Shown here: positions 52,983 through 63,260 of the stretch, piece by piece
How positions within the stretch are numbered: the stretch's first letter is position 1
Layout of the letters: each line of letters begins with the position of its first letter
Assembly (NCBI GenBank): GCA_965214705.1
Contig: CBDCCI010000002.1
Span: forward strand, 1,696,001 to 1,760,000
Source: Alphaproteobacteria bacterium
GTDB taxonomy: Bacteria > Pseudomonadota > Alphaproteobacteria > UBA828
Direction: 5' to 3'
DNA: 64,000 nt
Notes under the pieces: generated by a model
Database searches by the model: none
Told to the model about the DNA's origin: nothing
Seen by the model: only the letters and a program-made list of their open reading frames with translations
Translations under genes and position numbers: made by a program

Positions 52983-53777
52983 ATGCCTGCGACGCTGCTC
53001 GGGCCCGACGATCCGCCGCCCTTCGAGACCCTCAACGAGGGGAGCACATCGCGCGTGTTGCTGGTGTGCGACCACGCGAGCTGCCGGGTTCCCGCCGCGC
53101 TCGACGACCTCGGCTTGAGCGAGATCGAGCGCACCGAGCACATCGGCTGGGATATCGGGGCAGGGGCCGTGGCCCGGCGGCTTTCGGCGCTGCTCGACGC
53201 GCCGGCGATCCTCGCCGGCTATTCCCGCCTGGTGATCGACTGCAACCGGCCCGTGGGCGCGCCGGACAGGATCCCGCCGGTGAGCGACACGGTGCCGGTG
53301 CCCGGCAACATGGACCTCGATCAGGCGGCAGTGGATGCGCGGATTGCCGAAATCTTCGAGCCCTATCACGACGCGATCGCCGCTGCGCTGGACCGCATGG
53401 CCGCTGCTGACCAGGTGCCGTTTCTGGTAGCGGTCCACAGCTTCACGCCGCAGCTTGTCGGCGGCGATCCGCGGCCCTGGGAGATCGGCATCTGCTGGGA
53501 CAAGGACCAGCGCATGTCGACGCCCTTGATCGAGCGCCTGCGGACGGAGGGGCTCGTCGTCGGCGCCAACGAGCCTTACGACTTCGGGGTGCTCACCGAC
53601 CACACGCTGCCGGTTCACGCCGAGCGTCGCGGGCTCCCGTCGCTGCTCATCGAAATCCGCAATAACGAAATCCGCACGTCGGAGGCGGTGGAGGCCTGGG
53701 CGGAGCGCCTCGCCGGCCACATCCGCGCGCTGCTCACGCTGCCAGAGGCGCAGCGCCTGGAGTACGTCTTGGTCTGA
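52983..53777 (+). CDS. N-formylglutamate amidohydrolase family protein
   Basis: VCDHAS, HIGWDIGA, SRLVIDCNR, PYH, VHSFTP, NEPY, IEIRNN. Confidence 0.93.
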   Translation: MPATLLGPDDPPPFETLNEGSTSRVLLVCDHASCRVPAALDDLGLSEIERTEHIGWDIGAGAVARRLSALLDAPAILAGYSRLVIDCNRPVGAPDRIPPVSDTVPVPGNMDLDQAAVDARIAEIFEPYHDAIAAALDRMAAADQVPFLVAVHSFTPQLVGGDPRPWEIGICWDKDQRMSTPLIERLRTEGLVVGANEPYDFGVLTDHTLPVHAERRGLPSLLIEIRNNEIRTSEAVEAWAERLAGHIRALLTLPEAQRLEYVLV

Positions 53778-53818
53778 CGCCGGTGCGGCGCCCGATTACT
53801 CGTAGGGGAGTGGATCGA

Positions 53819-53899
53819 TTATGTTGCGCCGGTGGTTATGTTGCGGCCCGGCGCTGGGCGGCGCAGCTGCACGCGCTTTGCGGTTTCTCGGCAACATAA
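53819..53899. repeat. RIT-like terminal repeats
   Basis: TTATGTTGCG at 53819-53828 and 53836-53845; inverted GCAACATAA at 53891-53899. Confidence 0.6.
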
Positions 53900-53926
53900 C
53901 CTCAGTCCCGCGGGGAGGGTCGCGTG

Positions 53927-54970
53927 ATGCCGCGCGACGCTTCCGAGCTGGCACGGCGCCTCGCGCGCGACGCCGAGGCGGTCTGCCGCCACTATCTGTC
54001 GAAGGGTCGGCGTCAGGGCCGCTACTGGATGGTGGGCGACGTGCGCAACACGCCCGGCCGGTCGATGTACGTGCGGCTGAGCGGGCCGGAGGCCGGCCCT
54101 GGGGCCGCCGGGCGCTGGAGCGATGCGGCCTCGGCCGAGCACGGCGACCTGCTCGACGTGATCCGCGAGAGCTGCGGGCTCACGGAGTTCCGCGAGGTCG
54201 CCGAGGAGGCGCGGCGCTTCCTGTCGCTGCCCCGGGCCGAACCGCCGGTCGCGTCAAGAGCGCCCGCCCCGAGGGGCTCGGCCGAAGCTGCGCGCAGGCT
54301 CTGGGCGATCGCCAGACCGATCGCCGGCACGCTGGCCGAGGCGTACCTGCGCAACCGCGGGATCGTACATCTGACGAGCTGCGAAGCGCTCCGCTTCCAT
54401 CCGCGCTGCTGGTATCGCCCGGATGGGCATGCGCCGACCGAGACCTGGCCGGCGATGATCGCCGCCGTCACCGACCTCTCGGGCGCGATCACCGGCGTGC
54501 ATCGCACCTGGATCGCCCCGGACGGGTTGGGCAAGGCGCCGATCGATACGCCGCGACGCGCGATGGGCGACCTTCTCGGCCATGCCGTCCGGTTCGGTGC
54601 GGCCGGCAACGTCCTCGCCGCCGGCGAAGGCATCGAGACGATGCTGTCGCTGCGATGCGCGCTGCCCGCCATGCCCATGGCGGCGGCGCTCTCGGCGAAC
54701 CACCTCGCCGCCCTCGAACTGGCTGCCGGTCTGCGACGGCTCTACATCGCGCGAGACAACGATCCCGCAGGCGATACGGCGGTCGCGGTGCTCACCGAAC
54801 GAGCCGAAGCGGCCGGCATCGAAGCGCTAGCCCTCGCTCCGCGCCTCGGCGACCTCAACGAGGATCTGCAAGCGTTCGACTTGGGCGCCGTCCGCGCATT
54901 TGTGCGCATCCAACTCGCCCCCGAGGACGCGGTTCGCTTCATGCGCCGGCGGACAGTTGGGACGGGGTGA
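53927..54970 (+). CDS. Toprim-domain DNA primase-like protein (plasmid/ICE type)
   Basis: AEAYLRNRGI, LRFHP, GVHRTW, AGEGIETMLS, ARDNDPAG. Confidence 0.85.
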   Translation: MPRDASELARRLARDAEAVCRHYLSKGRRQGRYWMVGDVRNTPGRSMYVRLSGPEAGPGAAGRWSDAASAEHGDLLDVIRESCGLTEFREVAEEARRFLSLPRAEPPVASRAPAPRGSAEAARRLWAIARPIAGTLAEAYLRNRGIVHLTSCEALRFHPRCWYRPDGHAPTETWPAMIAAVTDLSGAITGVHRTWIAPDGLGKAPIDTPRRAMGDLLGHAVRFGAAGNVLAAGEGIETMLSLRCALPAMPMAAALSANHLAALELAAGLRRLYIARDNDPAGDTAVAVLTERAEAAGIEALALAPRLGDLNEDLQAFDLGAVRAFVRIQLAPEDAVRFMRRRTVGTG

Positions 54971-54994
54971 CCGAGGCCGGTGCCCCGTCGCCGC

Positions 54995-55274
54995 TTACAA
55001 CGCCTTCAGGAAGGCCATGAGGTCCTTGTCCTCCTTCCATGACCGAGCGGGTCGCGGCTGGCCCACCTCGCACATCGCGACGGCGTTGGCCTTCAGCGTC
55101 AGGTCGATCTCGGTATAGATGTTGGTCGTGCTGATCGAGACGTGTCCGAGCCAGGCACGGATGGTGTTGATGTCCACATCGGCGAGGGCCAGGTGGCAGG
55201 CCGTGGTGTGCCGGATCACGTGCGGCGTCACCGTCCGATCGGCCAGTTCCGGGACCTGGGCCGCACACCGCTCG
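54995..55274 (-). pseudogene. C-terminus of a RIT-type tyrosine recombinase, interrupted at 55274/55275
   Basis: ERCAAQVPELADRTVTPHVIRHTTACHL..WLGHVSISTTNIY..WKEDKDLMAFLKAL. Confidence 0.8.
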
Positions 55275-56242
55275 GCGCACCTGCGGTGCTAAGTATCTGA
55301 CTAAGGGTCGCTTTTTCTCCCGCATATTGTTGCATCCGGACGGATCGGTCAACGCCCGGTTCCCCGGCTGCAACCGCAACCGGGAGAGAGGATATGCCCA
55401 AAACCAACCTCACCGACGCCCGCATCGGGGCGCTCAAGCCCCGCAAGGCCGCCTACGACGTCCGCGACGGCAAGCTCAAGGGTTTCGGCGTCCGGGTGCT
55501 GCCCTCGGGCGGCAAGCGCTTCTTCGTCCACTGCCAGCATCGCGGCAAACGAGTGTGGAAGATCGTCGGAGACGCCGAGGCGGTCGGCGTGATCGAGGCG
55601 CGCTCGCGCGCGAGCGGGATGCTGGCCGCGATCGGGCGGGGCGACACCGCGCCGCCCCGTCCCGAGGAGGCGCTCTTCGAGGCCGTCGCGGAGACCGTAT
55701 TCCGACAACACGAGCGGACATGGAAGCCGCGCACGCTCGCTGTCAACCGGGGCTACCTCCGCAACCAGATCATGCCCCATTTCGCGGGGCGCAATGTCGC
55801 CGATATCGACCGGCGCGAGGTGCGCGACTGGTTCGCATCGCTGGCCGCCACGCCGGCTGCCGCCGACAGGTCCATGCCGATCCTCTCGGTCATCATGCGC
55901 GAGGCGGAACGGATGGGGCTGCGGCCCGAGGGCTCCAACCCATGCCGGGGCATCCGGCGCTACCGCCGCAAGGGGCGCGAGCGGTTCCTGTCGGACGACG
56001 AGATCCGGAGGCTCTCCCGGGCGCTCGCGGCGCACGCCGAGGCGTGTCCGGGGCAGGTCGCCGCGATCCGCCTGCTCCTTTTGACCGGATGCCGCAAGAG
56101 CGAGATCCTGACGCTGCGCTGGTCCGACTACCGCGAGGGCCGCCTGTTCCTGCGCGACTCCAAGACCGGACCGAGGACCGTCTGGCTGTCCGCGCCCTCG
56201 CGGGCCGTCCTCGACGGCATCGCGCGGACCGGCCGTTGGGTC

Positions 56243-59200
56243 TTGAACGAAGCCGCTACGCGGAGTTAGCGGCGTAGAGTTCATTCATTTCCGAGGCGTC
56301 GCGGGTGCCGTTTGTTCTGTGCGTTCGCTTCCCGGTTGCGTCAGTGGCGCTCCGCCCGTCGGGTGGCGGATCCCCAGCAGCCTCCCGATCACCAGTGGTT
56401 AGTATCGACCCCTGCGACGGACCGTCGCCGGATCGGTCCGGCGGCGCGCCGTCGCGATCCAGGGAGATCGATAATGACCGGGACCGCGTGCGACACGAAC
56501 ACCGTCACCCCTCTTCGCCAGCGCATGGAGGAGCAGCTCCGCATCGCCAATCTGGCCGCGAGCACGTCCAAGGCCTACATCTGCGAGATCAAGAACCTGG
56601 CCAGGTACTACGACGCCTCGCCGGACGAGCTCGACGCCGAGCAGGTGCGCCAGTGGTACCTGGGGCGGATCGACAAGGGGCTCAGTCCGGGCACGACCAA
56701 CGTCTCCTTCGCCGCGCTGAACTTCCTCTACATCGACACACTCGGCTGGCCTGACCATGTCGCCGGCCTGCGCTCCCGCAAGAAGCCCGGCAAGCTGCCG
56801 CGCTACATGTCGGAGCAGGAGGTCGAGCACCTCATCCTTGCGACACCCGACCTCCGCCACCGTGCTGCCATTGTCACCGGCTATGGCGGCGGGCTCCGCA
56901 TCTCCGAGACCTTGGCCATCAAGGTCGGCGACATCCTGTCGGAGAAGAAGCTGCTGCACATCCCCTCCGGCAAAGGCGGCACCGAGAGAATGGCACCGTT
57001 GCCGGACATCGTCATCCACTACTTGCGCGTCTACTACAGGAACATCTGGCCGCGTCCGACGAGCTGGCTCTTCTACGGCGTCTCGCTCGACAGGCCCATC
57101 GCAACGGAGACCTTGCAGGCCGCCTTCAGGAGGGCGCGCGACATTGCCGAGCTCGACCGCAGCTACACCTTCCATTGCCTGCGCCATTCGGCGGCGACCC
57201 ATCTCCTCGAGCGCGGCGGCGATATCGAGGTGATCCGGGACATGCTCGGCCATCGAAGCGCGAACACGACCCGTCACTACGCCCGCGTCACCGGCAAGAT
57301 GTTCGAGGGCCTCGACCACCCGATCTCAGGCTTCGCAGCGTTGCGCAACTGACGGCGCGTGGAGGCCGAACGCGCGGGCGTGGCGGAGATCTTCCGCCGC
57401 GCCGGCGCCGCTTTCCGTGAGCGCCACAAAGGGCGCATCGACGCCGCCCGGCTCAAGGTCATGGGCGCCATCGAGGCGTGCCGCACCGCCGTGCTCGGCG
57501 GCCACATGTACGCCTGCGAGGGCTGCGGGCGCGAGCATCCGCTCTTCAACTCCTACCGCAACCGCCACTGCCCCACCTGCCAGGGTCTCGCCGCCAACCT
57601 CTGGAGCGAGGAGCGCGCCGGGGACATCCTGCCGGTGCCCTACTTCCATGTGGTCTTCACCCTGCCCAAGGAGGTTGCCGCCATTGCCTTCTGCAACCGC
57701 AGGGTGGTGTTCGACATCCTCTTCCGGGCCGTCGCCGAGACCCTGCGCACCATCGCCGCCGATCCCCGCCACGGCGGCATGCGCATCGGCGGCACCGCGG
57801 TCCTCCATACCTGGGATCAGAAGCTCCGCTTCCACCCGCACCTGCACGTGGTCGTGCCCAACGCGGGCTTCGACGTAGACAGTGGCGAGTGGAAGACGGG
57901 GAGCACCACCTTCCTCGCCCCCGTCAAGGTCCTCGGCAGCCTGTTCCGCCGCCTCTTCCTCGAGGAGCTCGCCCGCGCCCACGGCCGGGGGGACCTGGAG
58001 TTCCACGGCACCCTCGCCCACCTCGCCAATCCCGGCGAGTTCCACGCCACGCTTGCCGCCGCCCGGGCCAGGGACTGGGTGGTCTACGCCAAGCGGCCCT
58101 TCCGCGGGCCTGAGCAGGTCTTCCGGTACCTCTCGCACTACACGCACAGGATCGCCATCTCCGACAGCCGCATCGTCTCCTTCGACGGCGAGACGGTCTC
58201 CTTCCGCCACCGAAAGCCCAAGGCGCCGGGGCAGAGAAAGCCGCGCTACGGCATCGCCACCGTGAGCGCCGACGAGTTCATCCGCCGCTTCCTGAGGCAC
58301 GTCCTGCCGGACGGCATGCACCGCATTCGCTACTTCGGCATCCTCGCCAACGGCTGCCGCGCCAGCACGCTGGAGAGAGCACGCCAGGCTCTCGGCGCCC
58401 TCGGCTGCGCCGCCCCCGAGGGAAGCGTGGACGGCGCTCGGGCCGAGCCCGACGAAGAGCCCGAGATCGGCACCGCGCCCGTGGCCTGCCCCCACTGCGG
58501 CGGCGTCATGCGCCTCGTCCGCGAAATCCGCCGCCGCCATGAGCCCCGCTCGACGCGCGGCCCGCCGGCGCTGCCGCCGACCCACAGGGGGAAACCGTGA
58601 GACGCCCGCTCGCTTCGGCCCCGCGCAACGGCGCCAAAGCGCCGACGCACGACCGAACCTGTCTCCGCTTGAGCCGGGCTGACAGCCCTCGGCTCACACC
58701 CCGCTCAGTCCTCGCAGCGTGCGCCCGCATGCCTGCCGAAAGACCGGCGCGAGCGTCGATTTTATGCGCAACTCTGCTGCCGGTGGATGCCGCCTGACGC
58801 TGACATCAGCGCACTTTCCACATAGCTCAACTTCGCCTCTCGTGGCCCGCGGCTTCGTTCAAAAGGGTTGGGCAGGCTCTCGAGAGAGAGCCTGCCCAAC
58901 CCTTAACCCGAACTTCCAGTGTGGGATAGTCAAAGAACCGTTGTGCGGCAGGGGTTTCGGCGAGTTTCGAAGCGACGATTACTGGACAGGTTTGGCGGTG
59001 GTCATCCCCTTTTCGGTGAGCGCGGGCGCAGGATGGGGCCGCAGCCCGAGCAATGCGAACGCCCTTTCCTGCAGTTCGGTCGGCTTGGTCAGGGCGGGCA
59101 CGGCGAAGTCGGTTCCGGTGGCGATCTCAGTGGCAGCAAGCGTGCCGAGATGGCCGAGGAGATCGCGGAAGTCGCACACCGCAAGTCCATCATCCGTCTT

Positions 59201-61006
59201 TCGGCGCTTGTCCTTGCGCCGGGCCTTTTCCGAGCGTTCCGGCGGCGCCACCGGGTTCGCGGACAGCGGCGCTCCGTCCTCCTCGGCGAACAGCAGCGGC
59301 GCCAGCCTGCGGCGCATGTGCCACTCGACATACCAAGCCAGCATGCAGATCAGAAGATGCGCCCGTACTCGGTCGTCGCGCCAGTGGAAGATCGGGCGGA
59401 TCCGCAACGACACCGTCTTGAGCGAGCGGAAGGCGCGCTCGACGCGTGACAGGCTCTTGTAGACGCGGACCGCCTCGACGTCCTCGATCTCGTCCTCGTC
59501 CACGTTGGTGCGTATGACGTAGAGACCGTCGAGGGCGGCCTCGGCGTCGATCGACGCCCGGTCGCGTTCGCAACTGAAGGTGCCGCTGCCCTCGTCGAAT
59601 TCGAAGCGGAAGTGCTTGGCCATCTTGCGGCGGCGCAAGGTTCCCAGCCGACGGTTCAACTCGTCGCGGTCGATGTCGCCGGCGGCGTGGCGCGCGGCGA
59701 AATCGCGCGCGTCCGTCTCGGTCGCATTGAGCAGCCCGTCGCGGTTGCGCTTGCGCTCGGCCGCCAGAACCGGGTTGTAGCAGACGATCAGCCTCTCGCC
59801 GGGATAGTCCGGCGTGGTCACCCGCGCGAGGCCCCAGGTGTCGAACAGGCCGGGCGTGACATGCCCCCGGTCGACGAGCTTGCGGATCGAGGATGCGCGC
59901 AGCGCCGTGATCCAGTCGATGCCGTTGGGCGCGAGGTCGCGGTCGATGCGGGTCTGCGCGATCATGCCGCGGTCCCCCACCAACACCACCCGCCGGATGC
60001 CGAAGCTGTCGCGGACCTTGCGCACCTGGCTGGCCAGAGTCATCGGGTCGCCGGTGTTGCCGGCGAAGGCCTCGATCGAGACCGGACAGCCATCGCGGGT
60101 GCAGAGGAGGCCGTAGACGATCTGCGGGCGGTCGCCCCGGCGATCCCTCGAATAGCCGCGCTTCGCCATGGGGCAGGCGTTGCCCTCCATGTAGCTCGAG
60201 GACACGTCGTAGAGGACGAGATCGTCCTCTCCGAGATGGCGCCGGGCGAGCTTGCGCTCGATCGCGCCCTGTCGCGCGCCCAGCCAGTCCATGGCGGCGT
60301 AGAGTTCGTCGACGCTGACGCCTTCGACGCCGAGCAGGGCGGCGAGGGTGGTTGTGCCGGCCGCTCCCAGTTCGCGCTCGACGCGCAGCTTGGCGCCGGG
60401 CCGGATCAGGCGGGCGACGATCATGGCGATGACGAGGGCCCTGCGGCGATCGGGCCGGTGGAAGATGACGCGGTCGAGGCCGATGTCGCGAAGGGTGCCG
60501 AGAACGGCGCTGACGGCGCCGTGCGCCCGGCTGGCGCGCAGTTCGACGTCGGCGCTGTCGGGATTGAGGGCGGGTCCGCGCTTGAGGGCGCGTTTGAGGG
60601 CTTCGATGGCGTGTTCCGGGAGGGCGGAGAGGTTGCACAGGGTGCGCTTCTTGGGTTTTCCGTCCTGCCAGTAGGACTGTCTGAGGAGGTGGCAGCGGGA
60701 GTTTCCGGACCGGGTGGTTTCGATGTGCATATCGATCTGCCTAGCGAATCGCGGCAATCATATCGGAAAGGCTTGGGAATGCGGAGCAATTATCGTAACG
60801 AGAAAACTATCTACTGACTAGTATTCAGGTTTTGGTGGATGCGCCGGGACGGCGTGATCCAGCGCTGGAGCGCCGAATCGCGGCGGTTTCGGCGATCATT
60901 TCGGGAATTTCGCGCCAAACCGGGCGCTAAACTGCGCAGAAAGGGCGGAAACAGGCAAAATCCGGCCAGATCGGCAATCAGATGCTAACGGAAGTTCGGC
61001 TTAACC
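56243..61006 (+). mobile_element. Tyrosine recombinase + IS91-like element, copy 5 (recombinase 56474-57352; transposase 57359-58600), tip interrupted by IS1634
   Basis: Same ends as the other copies; transposase has NSC->NSY in the Zn motif. Confidence 0.94.
58908..60999 (-). mobile_element. IS1634-family element, transposase 58979-60730
   Basis: IR CCGAACTTCC / GGAAGTTCGG; 6-bp TSD CTTAAC (58902-58907, 61000-61005); LYDVSSSY, GYSRD, VGDRGM, YKSLSRVERAFRSLK, RPIFHW. Confidence 0.94.
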
Positions 61007-61281
61007 TTCCGTCGCCGCATACCGGACGCGCGCACTGCGAACACTGGCTGGACAGATTCTGGTGGCGCATCCGGGCGGAGGCCGATCTCGGCGACGCCCG
61101 TCTTCACGATCTCCGCCATACCCATGCCAGCATCGCGCTGCGCGAGGGCGAGACCGTGCTCGCCATCGGCAGACTGCTCGGACATGCCGATCCGGGGACC
61201 ACCCTCAAGTATGCCCACCCGGCCGACGCCATGACGCGGCAGGCCGCCGAGACCGTCGGCGCCGTGCTGGGGAGCTGAGCC

Positions 61282-62442
61282 GTGCCGGCAAGGGAACGCA
61301 GGAAGCTCACCGACGACGCCGTCGCAGGTCTCCGCCCCCGCGCGCGGGAGTATGCCGTCTGGGACAAGAGCGTGCCCGGCCTCGGGGTCCGGGTCCGTCC
61401 GAGCGGCGGAAAGACCTGGGTTCTGCTGGAGCGCGCCGGGGGGCGCTCCAGGCGCGTCTCCCTCGGCCCGGTCTCGACCAGGACCGTGGAGCAGGCGCGG
61501 CGGGAGTGCCATGAGCGCCGGGCAAGCCCGGAGACGGACAAGCCCGTCCGTCCGGCGCCCGCCGCCCCCCTGTTCCGGGAGTTCGTGGAGGGTCCATGGA
61601 AGGAGGCGATTTTCGGGCGCTGCAAGCCCGCGACCGGGAAGTCCTATGCCTGCCTGCTCGATACCCGCCTCCTCCCCGCCTTCGGCGCGACCCCGCTCGA
61701 GCGCATAACGCCTGCGCAGGTCAGGCGCTGGTTCGACGCATTCAGCTGCGCCGCGCCCGGCAACGCCAACAATGCGCTCAAGCTGCTTCGCTCGATACTC
61801 AACCTCGCCATCGCCCGCGGCCTCCTCGACAGCAACCCCGCGCAGGGCATCGCGCCCAACCGCCGGCCGCCGATGACGCGCTTCCTGTCGCGCGAGGAGA
61901 TCGCGCGTCTTCACGCCGTCCTCGACGAAGAGGCCAAGCGGGGAGAGCGGTTCAGGCCGCAGGCCGACATCGTCCGCCTGCTGCTTCTCACCGGATGCCG
62001 CAGGGGAGAAATCGCCGGGCTCCGCTGGTCCGAGGTCCAGGGCGGCGCGCTGATGCTTGCCGACAGCAAGACCGGGCCGAGAAAGGTTCCCCTCAACGCC
62101 CAGGCCAGGAGCATCCTGGACCGCCAGAAGCGGGGAGAAAGCCGGTTCGTGTTCCCTTCGCCGCGCGATCCGTCGCGGCCGCGCGGGTCCGAACTCTCTC
62201 TCTGGTACCGGGTCCGCCGCAAGGCCGGCATCGAGGACGCGCGCCTTCATGACCTGCGCCATACCGTGGCGAGCCACGCCGTGATGAACGGCGTGCCGGT
62301 CCCTGTCGTCTCCCGGCTGCTTGGCCACTCCAATTCGCGCATGACGCTCCGCTACGCCCACCTCGGCGACCGCGACATCGAAGCCGCCGCCGAGAGGGTC
62401 GGAAAGGCCATCGCGGACACCATGGGCATGCAGGCTCGGTAG
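61282..62442 (+). CDS. Tyrosine recombinase B paralogue (386 aa)
   Basis: Colinear with 43593-44738; catalytic residues intact; again 3 bp downstream of A. Confidence 0.95.
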   Translation: MPARERRKLTDDAVAGLRPRAREYAVWDKSVPGLGVRVRPSGGKTWVLLERAGGRSRRVSLGPVSTRTVEQARRECHERRASPETDKPVRPAPAAPLFREFVEGPWKEAIFGRCKPATGKSYACLLDTRLLPAFGATPLERITPAQVRRWFDAFSCAAPGNANNALKLLRSILNLAIARGLLDSNPAQGIAPNRRPPMTRFLSREEIARLHAVLDEEAKRGERFRPQADIVRLLLLTGCRRGEIAGLRWSEVQGGALMLADSKTGPRKVPLNAQARSILDRQKRGESRFVFPSPRDPSRPRGSELSLWYRVRRKAGIEDARLHDLRHTVASHAVMNGVPVPVVSRLLGHSNSRMTLRYAHLGDRDIEAAAERVGKAIADTMGMQAR

Positions 62443-62821
62443 CCGCGAGGCGAAAGTCCCTTCGCGTTCCACTCGCCGCGCGACCGGCCGCGCCGACCGT
62501 GCATACGTCGGCCGCGTTAGCGCATGCGCAGATAGAGGAAGACACCGGAGCTTCACCGTGATCGAAATTGACACCGGGATCGATCGCGGCACCTGCGCCT
62601 ACGAGACCGAGGCCGAGATCCTCGCCTGCCTGGCGCTCGCGCGGCTGGCGCCCGACCGGGTGAAGATCGTCCAAGACGTCTCCGAATGCACGTCCCTTGG
62701 CTCTTGGTGATCGGCTGCGCCGACGCCCCCCCCTCGGCCGCCGCCCGCCGGCTGGTTTGGGATCCCGTCATTGGGCATCCGCGATGCCCGACACGGGGGT
62801 TCGCAGACCGCGGGCGCCGCT

Positions 62822-63142
62822 TCACCGCAGAGACGGCCCGGGCATGAGCCCGGCCGGCCCGTTGCCGATCGACTTCTTCAGCTTCTGCGACGCGCGGAAC
62901 ACCACGACCCGGCGCGGCGATATCGCAGCCGGTTCACCGGTCTTCGGGTTGCGGCCCATGCGCGCCTTCTTGGCCCGCACGGCGAAGCTGCCGAAGCCGG
63001 AGATCTTCACCGGCTTCCCGGCGGACAGCCGCTCGGCGACGGCCTCGATGACGGTATCGACAAGCGCCGCCGCCTCGTTGCGCGGCAGCCCGATCTCGTG
63101 GTGGACCGCGTCTCTCAAGTCGGCCCGCTTCAGCGTCGCCAT
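62822..63142 (-). CDS. ihfA: Integration host factor alpha-like protein
   Basis: VKISGFGSF..ARMGRNPKTGE..ISPRRVVVFRASQKLK; RBS GAGGTG. Confidence 0.88.
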   Translation of the reverse strand: MATLKRADLRDAVHHEIGLPRNEAAALVDTVIEAVAERLSAGKPVKISGFGSFAVRAKKARMGRNPKTGEPAAISPRRVVVFRASQKLKKSIGNGPAGLMPGPSLR

Positions 63143-63260
63143 GCCAGCACCTCCCTCAGGTTCGCCGACACCCTAGCCGCGCCGCCTTTGCGATCAAGCG
63201 GAATGCGGGCTAGTCCAGCGCCACCTGATCGGCCCAATCATGGCTGGTAATCGTAGACCA

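Larger units (their letters stand above)
55394..61278 (+). pseudogene. Tyrosine recombinase A paralogue, split (55394-56242 / 61007-61278)
   Basis: ..RTGRWV | PSPHTG..HDLRHTHAS..LLGH..TTLKY, colinear with 44742-45866. The rejoined junction is 1 nt short of frame. Confidence 0.9.

Noticed and set aside
6348-61006. IS91-like copies as an assembly artefact
   Set aside because: Copies have distinct flanks that mostly rebuild interrupted genes, plus private SNPs or nested inserts. Long-read confirmation is still advisable.
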